In this document: one piece after another, positions 34,578 to 39,784 of the stretch
Numbering within the stretch: position 1 is the first letter of the stretch
Layout of the letters: each line of letters starts with the position of its first letter
Virus record (IMG/VR): IMGVR_UViG_3300037462_000136
Coordinates: 1-39,784 of that record
Reading direction: 5' to 3' (one strand)
Length of the DNA: 39,784 nt
From: a virus
Lineage: Duplodnaviria > Caudoviricetes
Notes under the pieces: model-generated
The model's database searches: none
What the model was told of the DNA's origin: nothing
What the model saw: the letters and a program-made list of their open reading frames with translations, nothing else
Translations under genes and position numbers: made by a program

Positions 34578-36197
34578 GCCGCGCCCGGCGGCGGCGAGGG
34601 CTTCAGGGCGGCGCCCGAGCAGCGCCGCCTGCACCATGCGCTGGCCGGGGTTGCTATAGAGCCCCGCCGCCGCCAGCCCCGCCGCAATGGTGCCAGGCGA
34701 AACGCCTGCCGCTGCCGCCGGAGCGCCGCCGGCAAGCAGCGCCGCGAGCATCGCGCGTTCTGGCGTGCCGCTGTCGGGGACCGTTCGCGCCATGACAGAG
34801 CGCCCCGCGTCGCTCAGTTCCTGCATGAGCGCGTCGCCGCGAGCGTAAGCGCCACGGCGCGCGGTCGGGTCGGACATGCGGACGGCGCCCGAAAACTGCG
34901 CGGGCGTGAAGACGCCGTCCGTGGCCGCCTGTCCGGCCGCCGCGCGTTCAAGGCGGATATACTGCGCAAACGCCTGATCGGCAGCGCGCACCTCTGGCGC
35001 AATGCCAGGATTGGACCGCCCAAGAAGGCGCCGAAACGCTCCCTGAGTTTCGAGCAGCGCGCGCGCCGTTTCCTGGTCCGCCGGATTATTGGACCGAAGG
35101 TAGGAGCGGACATGGAAGCCAAGGCGCTGGTCAATTTCCTTCCATGTGCGCCCGTCGATAGCCGCCCCTTGCACGCGAGGAAGCACGTCGTTCTGCATGA
35201 TGGCCGTGAAGGCGCCTTGGCTGCTCGGCGTAACGGCTTGCTGCGTCGCCTGAACGAGTTCCTGGCCGAACTGCGCGTCTGCGCCGAACGGCCGCACGCG
35301 CGGCAGCACATCGTCATACGCCGCGCCGATGCGGTCATAGACATTCTCGACAAGTTCCCGCCCGACCGGCGCGTTATCATCCACCCGCTGCCCGAGGGGC
35401 GCCAGAACCCGGTTAGCGACGGCGCGGTTGAAACTGCTGACGCTATCACCCTGCCGCGCCCTGATCTGCGCCCCGAGAACGGGAACCGACCCTAGGCTAT
35501 CTTCGACCCTCTGCGCATACCCGCCCGCGATCTGCCCCGGCGTGAGCCTCACGCCCGCGTCGCTCAGTTCGCGCACTTCCGGCCGTACGGAAGCCGCCTG
35601 GCGCCCTTGCAGCACTCGCCCGACGCCATAGCCCGCCGCGCCGCCCAAGCCGCCAGCAAGCGCCCCAAGGCCGGCATTCTGCGCCGCGCCGCTGGCATAG
35701 TCGCCATCGGTGACAGGCTGTAGCGCACCCTGCACGGCACCCTGCACCGCGCCGACGCCGATAGCGCCCGGCAGCGAGGCCGGCGCGGCGGCAACACCGA
35801 TCGGCAGCCCCGCGACAACCTGCCCGCCGATACGCGCCCAATCGGCGCCGGCATCCGGGCCGCGCGCCGCCTGATAGGCGCGCTCGCGCTCGGCGATGCG
35901 CGCGTTCGCCTGCTCGCCCGTCTCGCGCGGGATAGATTGATCCATGACGGCGGCAAGGTTCGGATTGCGGCGCGCGGCCTCGACTAGCCGGTTGGGCCGG
36001 TCGCCGACATTGGCCGCCATTTGCTCAGCGCCACGGAACAGATCACCTAGGCCCGTGGTGAACCGCTCCCAACGCGAGAGGCGGGCGGGCGGCTCGGCTG
36101 GGGCGGCGGGCGCCGCCGAACGCTCGCGGAAGTCCGCCCACGGGTCGGCTTGCGGCGCCGCCGGGCGCTCGCGGAAGTCTGCCCAAGGATCGCTCAT
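34506..36197 (-). CDS. Internal virion / DNA ejection protein
   Basis: 563 aa Ala/Gly-rich; DPWADFRER twice; Gly-zipper segment; VPDSGT.ER near C-terminus. Confidence 0.75.
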   Translation of the reverse strand: MSDPWADFRERPAAPQADPWADFRERSAAPAAPAEPPARLSRWERFTTGLGDLFRGAEQMAANVGDRPNRLVEAARRNPNLAAVMDQSIPRETGEQANARIAERERAYQAARGPDAGADWARIGGQVVAGLPIGVAAAPASLPGAIGVGAVQGAVQGALQPVTDGDYASGAAQNAGLGALAGGLGGAAGYGVGRVLQGRQAASVRPEVRELSDAGVRLTPGQIAGGYAQRVEDSLGSVPVLGAQIRARQGDSVSSFNRAVANRVLAPLGQRVDDNAPVGRELVENVYDRIGAAYDDVLPRVRPFGADAQFGQELVQATQQAVTPSSQGAFTAIMQNDVLPRVQGAAIDGRTWKEIDQRLGFHVRSYLRSNNPADQETARALLETQGAFRRLLGRSNPGIAPEVRAADQAFAQYIRLERAAAGQAATDGVFTPAQFSGAVRMSDPTARRGAYARGDALMQELSDAGRSVMARTVPDSGTPERAMLAALLAGGAPAAAAGVSPGTIAAGLAAAGLYSNPGQRMVQAALLGRRPEALAAAGRGLVPLGAPGAAAYLLAPPGEQRPN

Positions 36198-38083
36198 GGA
36201 ACGCGCCCCCGCGAGCCGTCAGGAAGGATAATTGGCGTGCCGCTCGGCAGGCGCCGCGCCTCTTCGGGAGTGCGCACGCGAACCGGCGCCGCGCTGGCGG
36301 GCGGTTCGGCTTGAATGCCCGGAGCGGCGGCGGGCGCGGAGGGCGCGGCGTCGTTCGGACGCGCCCCAGCGGGCGGCTGTCCTGGCTCCTCAATGCCGGT
36401 CGGGCGACGCGGCGGCCCCTGCCCAGGCCCATGCACAATGTCCAGATAAACATTGTGCAGGCGCACCAGATTCTGCCGAAACTGCCTTGGCGATTGCGAC
36501 TGTTCCAGCGAGCCCAAGACGGCCTGCAAAAGCGCCGTCTCGCGTTCCGTAACCTGCCCGAGCGCGCCGCCAGTCGGGCTTTCAGCCCGCATCTGGTTAA
36601 GTTGCGCAAAGCCGACATTTGCCCGGATGCTTTCGAGCAAGGCGCGGGCGTCAGATGCCGCAGTGCCAGGGAGTTGCGAAAGCGTTGTTGCGCCAGTGCC
36701 TGCGACGGGAAGCGTCGCCGTATCAAGCAGCCTTTCGACTCGCCCGATATCTTGCAGAACGATATTGCCCGTCCGCTGCGTCCCCGTTTGACGGGCACCC
36801 TCCGCGCGAGCTGCATCGCGCTCCTGCCTTTCGGCGGGGCTGCCGGGGATCGGCCGCATGGTAAACGTGCCGTCCGGCTGCTGCGTAACCTGGAACCCAG
36901 GCGGGATGCTGCCGATCTGCGGCGGCGCGCCGCGCAGATAAGCCGCGAGCGCGTCACGCTGCGCCCGCTGCGCCGGGTTGACGTTTTCGCCGAGTTCAAC
37001 GAGCCGCCCGTATTGCTCCATGAGGCGTTCGCGCTCGCCGGGTGCTTGCGGGATTTGCCCCACAACCTGCCCCGTGCGCGGGTCAATAAGCGCACTGCCA
37101 GGCGCCGCCGTGGTGACGTTGCGGCTGGACGGCTGCGGCAGCAGTTGCGCCACCTGCGCCATGCGCTGCGCTTCCTCGCGAATGCGCGGATTGCGGCTGT
37201 TCATCCCGTCCATGATCATCGGAACAAGCGCCTCGCGCGTCACGCCAGCGGGCGCGCCCGGAGCCTGCGCCGGGGCGCCGGGCTGCGCGGGCGCGGAAGC
37301 GGGCATGGCGGCAGGCGTAGCGGCGCCCTGCGGCATCCACCGCCGCACGTTCTGCACATAGTTCGGATCGCCGCCGCCATTATAGGCCGCAAGCGCGCGG
37401 TCAACCTGCGCGGGGTCGTTCCAGTCGGTCACACCAGCCGCGCGGCCGCGTGCGGCGAGGTAGCGAGCGCCAAACAGAATATTCTCGCGCGGGTCGCGCA
37501 GCGTCGCCGGGTCCACCCCCTGCATACCAAAGCCCGGCTGACGCGCCGTGGCCGGCATGATCTGCGCAAGCCCGACTTCGCCAGCGCGCCCGACCGCATC
37601 CGGCCGGAAGTTGCTTTCCTGCCTGATCTTGGCGGTAAGCACGGCTTCAGGGATGCCCGTTTCGCGGCTGGCCTCGGCAATCAGTGGCGCCAGATCGGCC
37701 GGCGCCTGAGCCGGCGGCAAGTCTTCCCGCTGAACCGCCGGGATAGCCGCCCCGCCCATGCGCGCGGGCGCCGTCTGCGGCGCGGCAGGGGCCGCCGGGG
37801 CATTCGGCGCCTGGCCGCCAAGCAGCCCCGCCATCATGCGCGAGCGCCACTCGTTCGCTTCGCCGTCGCGGCGCTCAGTCAAAGCGGTAAGATCGCGCTC
37901 GGCCATGTGCGCGCCAAGATTGCCCGCGACCGACTGCAACGCCGCCACCCAAGGCGACGCCGCCGACCGATACATAATCTCGGGGTTCTGCGCGCGCGCG
38001 AGGTTCTGCGCCATCGCCTGGCGGCGCAAGATCGCGGCAGTTTCGGGGTCGCGCAGATACAGCGCCGAAAGGCTCTCACCCAT
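36194..38083 (-). CDS. Ejection protein with SLT lytic transglycosylase domain
   Basis: QESNF, GLAQIMPATA, NILFGARYL, ALAAYNGG motifs. Confidence 0.85.
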   Translation of the reverse strand: MGESLSALYLRDPETAAILRRQAMAQNLARAQNPEIMYRSAASPWVAALQSVAGNLGAHMAERDLTALTERRDGEANEWRSRMMAGLLGGQAPNAPAAPAAPQTAPARMGGAAIPAVQREDLPPAQAPADLAPLIAEASRETGIPEAVLTAKIRQESNFRPDAVGRAGEVGLAQIMPATARQPGFGMQGVDPATLRDPRENILFGARYLAARGRAAGVTDWNDPAQVDRALAAYNGGGDPNYVQNVRRWMPQGAATPAAMPASAPAQPGAPAQAPGAPAGVTREALVPMIMDGMNSRNPRIREEAQRMAQVAQLLPQPSSRNVTTAAPGSALIDPRTGQVVGQIPQAPGERERLMEQYGRLVELGENVNPAQRAQRDALAAYLRGAPPQIGSIPPGFQVTQQPDGTFTMRPIPGSPAERQERDAARAEGARQTGTQRTGNIVLQDIGRVERLLDTATLPVAGTGATTLSQLPGTAASDARALLESIRANVGFAQLNQMRAESPTGGALGQVTERETALLQAVLGSLEQSQSPRQFRQNLVRLHNVYLDIVHGPGQGPPRRPTGIEEPGQPPAGARPNDAAPSAPAAAPGIQAEPPASAAPVRVRTPEEARRLPSGTPIILPDGSRGRVP

Positions 38084-38098
38084 CTAGCAGGCCCCTTC

Positions 38099-38308
38099 TT
38101 AAAGCGTCTTTTGCCCGCCGTTCGCTGGCATGAACATCGTAGCAAGTTGCGCGACATTCTGCGCCGCGCCGGCCCATGGATTGGCTTGCCCCTGCGGCAC
38201 GCGGCCGAGCATCTGCACCAGCATCCGGCGGCGCTGCTCGTCCATGCCGCCCTGAGACGTATTCTCGGCCGCCATCTGCTCGGGGGCGGGAAGTCCGGTC
38301 GGCATCAT
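38099..38308 (-). CDS. Small protein resembling the N-terminus of the SLT ejection protein
   Basis: ATGA-coupled; RRRMLVQML...NPWAGAAQNVA. Confidence 0.6.
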   Translation of the reverse strand: MMPTGLPAPEQMAAENTSQGGMDEQRRRMLVQMLGRVPQGQANPWAGAAQNVAQLATMFMPANGGQKTL

Positions 38309-39042
38309 CGGTTCAACTCCTTCAACTCGCGCGCCAGCGCCGCCAACGGCGCGTCCAACTCGCGCATTACGGTTTCCATCCGCGCCCGGTAGTCAGCCAG
38401 CAAGCCGGGATGATACCGGCGCAGGTAAGCCGCCTGCCCGACATTCACCCAAGCCGGGCACCGGGCGCACTCGGGCGACTGCTCGCCCGCCTCGTAAACG
38501 CGGCAGATCGGCGCGCCGACGCCGCGCAGATAGTCGAACACCTGCGCGTGGCTCCAGCCTTCCAGCGGGTGGAGGAACTCCACGCCGTCGCGCGTCTCGC
38601 CGTCGCGAACCGGCAGCGTCGGAAAATCCACTTCCTTGGTGCCGCGAATGACCAGCGTCACGCCATCCGCCGCGAGCCGCTCCCAAAGCGGCAGCATCAA
38701 ATTTGCGTAGCAACACTCGTAGCGACTGACGATCTTCGCGCCCTGCTGCCCGACCATCGCGGCCACCGGGTGCGCCGTGTAAGGCACCACATCGGATGGC
38801 AGGCCGTTCGCTGCGATCCACGCTTCCACATCGCCCCGGATGTGCACGAAGTTCGGCGCGAACGCCTTCACATGCTCCACAATCTCGCGGACCTCGGGCA
38901 GCAAGTCGCCCGTGTCGTTGTGGTAGATCGTCACCCGGTCCAGAAGCCCCGCTTCGCGGAGCATGTAGACAACGGCGAGGCTATCCTTCCCGCCGCTGAA
39001 GCACACCGCCACGCGCTGGTGGCGCTCTATGACCTCACGCAA
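38305..39042 (-). CDS. PAPS/APS-reductase-family PP-loop enzyme with Fe-S-type Cys motifs
   Basis: FSGGKDS, NDTGD..PE, ECC....LPL, HPLEGWS, SPECARC; TTG start overlapping pilot stop. Confidence 0.85.
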   Translation of the reverse strand: MREVIERHQRVAVCFSGGKDSLAVVYMLREAGLLDRVTIYHNDTGDLLPEVREIVEHVKAFAPNFVHIRGDVEAWIAANGLPSDVVPYTAHPVAAMVGQQGAKIVSRYECCYANLMLPLWERLAADGVTLVIRGTKEVDFPTLPVRDGETRDGVEFLHPLEGWSHAQVFDYLRGVGAPICRVYEAGEQSPECARCPAWVNVGQAAYLRRYHPGLLADYRARMETVMRELDAPLAALARELKELNR

Positions 39043-39784
39043 TGATGGCCGCCGCGCTGATCGCGGCCGTGGCAGCGCCAGCCGCCGCCGCGTTGCCCGC
39101 CTGCTGATTGGCAACCCGCCCCTGATAGGCTTGGGTCTGCGCGGCCTGGTTCATCCCAACCGCGCCCATAAAGTCAGTCGGCGCAACGTTGACCTGAGGC
39201 GCCTGCGAAAACTGCGGCGGCGTAAGCATCTGCCCAGTGAGCAGCGCGCTAGCCTCATTCACGGGCATCTGCCGCTGGGCAATCAGTTCCTCAAGCGCCC
39301 GCTGTCGGTTCGCGCTATCGGCCGCATACACATTCCGCATTTCGTTGCCTGCCTGCGCGTCAATCGCAAGGCGCATGTCGTTGTCCTGCATGGCGTATTC
39401 CTGCCATGCGTTCTGCCAAGCCTCAGACCCCGGCGTCAGCCCCTGATTGCGCAGCCGCGTATCCAGCGCGTCGCGCTGCCGATCGACAACCGGCTGAACC
39501 CGCGCAAACAAGGCATCCGCCGCCGCCCGCCGATTGGTCGCCGCGTCGCTGATGCCCGGCAGCGTCGAGAAGTCCGCCGGGCGGGAGAGCATCTGCTCGA
39601 CCTGGCTCAACTGCCGATTGGCGGCGCGGCCATAGGTGCCTTGCGCCTGCTCGGTCATGCTCAAGAGGTTCTGCTGATTGGGCGAAAGCGTCGTGCGCGA
39701 TTCCCAACGATCCGGCCCGATCTGGTTATAAACGACGCTGCCGGTCGGCGTGTATTGGTTCACGCGGTTAAGATTGGCCTGCAC
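39035..39784 (-). CDS. Pilot/ejection protein, 3' part (full length about 279 aa with 328-417)
   Basis: NRVNQYTPTG, RLRNQGLTPGSEAW, Q/A/N-rich; hydrophobic AAAIIA end. Confidence 0.8.
   Translation of the reverse strand: MQANLNRVNQYTPTGSVVYNQIGPDRWESRTTLSPNQQNLLSMTEQAQGTYGRAANRQLSQVEQMLSRPADFSTLPGISDAATNRRAAADALFARVQPVVDRQRDALDTRLRNQGLTPGSEAWQNAWQEYAMQDNDMRLAIDAQAGNEMRNVYAADSANRQRALEELIAQRQMPVNEASALLTGQMLTPPQFSQAPQVNVAPTDFMGAVGMNQAAQTQAYQGRVANQQAGNAAAAGAATAAISAAAIIA
39458..39784 (+). repeat. Right copy of terminal overlap
   Basis: See 1-327. Confidence 0.95.

Larger units (their letters stand above)
1..39784. mobile_element. Near-complete podovirus-like dsDNA phage genome, circularly permuted
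   Basis: Full set of packaging, head, short-tail/ejection, lysis, replication and immunity genes; no host housekeeping genes; ends overlap (1-327 matches 39458-39784); no tape measure or sheath gene seen. Confidence 0.93.

Noticed and set aside
38305-39042. Calling this gene cysH, an auxiliary sulfur-metabolism gene
   Set aside because: Family membership is clear but context is a virion operon with no other sulfur genes; symbol withheld

Overview
The window looks like one essentially complete, circularly permuted genome (about 39.46 kb unique) of a GC-rich, short-tailed (P22-like architecture) dsDNA phage. The host is probably alphaproteobacterial, inferred from gene content and promoter style. 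The minus strand carries a late operon running from terS, terL and portal through a head-fibre-like insert, scaffold, major capsid, adaptor and tail nozzle to a GNAT. It wraps across the window ends through a pilot/ejection gene, a PAPS-reductase-family PP-loop enzyme, two large ejection proteins and a tail fibre. It finishes with a metallophosphoesterase, an ADP-ribosyltransferase-like protein, holin, spanins and a GH19 endolysin. A cro/cI-type switch with visible operators at 21.35-21.8 kb drives a leftward replication operon (VRR-NUC, SSB, primase-helicase, probable iteron origin) and a rightward string of small early genes. No integrase was recognised; a truncated excisionase-like relic and a Pth2-type peptidyl-tRNA hydrolase sit where one would be expected. 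The most interesting items are the GNAT/pilot/PP-loop enzyme trio inside the ejection module, the H-Y-E ART-like protein, Pth2, an unannotated leaderless antisense membrane peptide in the P22 sieA position, a late promoter-terminator leader with a Gly/Lys micropeptide, and two synonymously diverged alleles of the pilot gene at the contig ends. All functional calls come from motif recognition by eye; no database searches were run.
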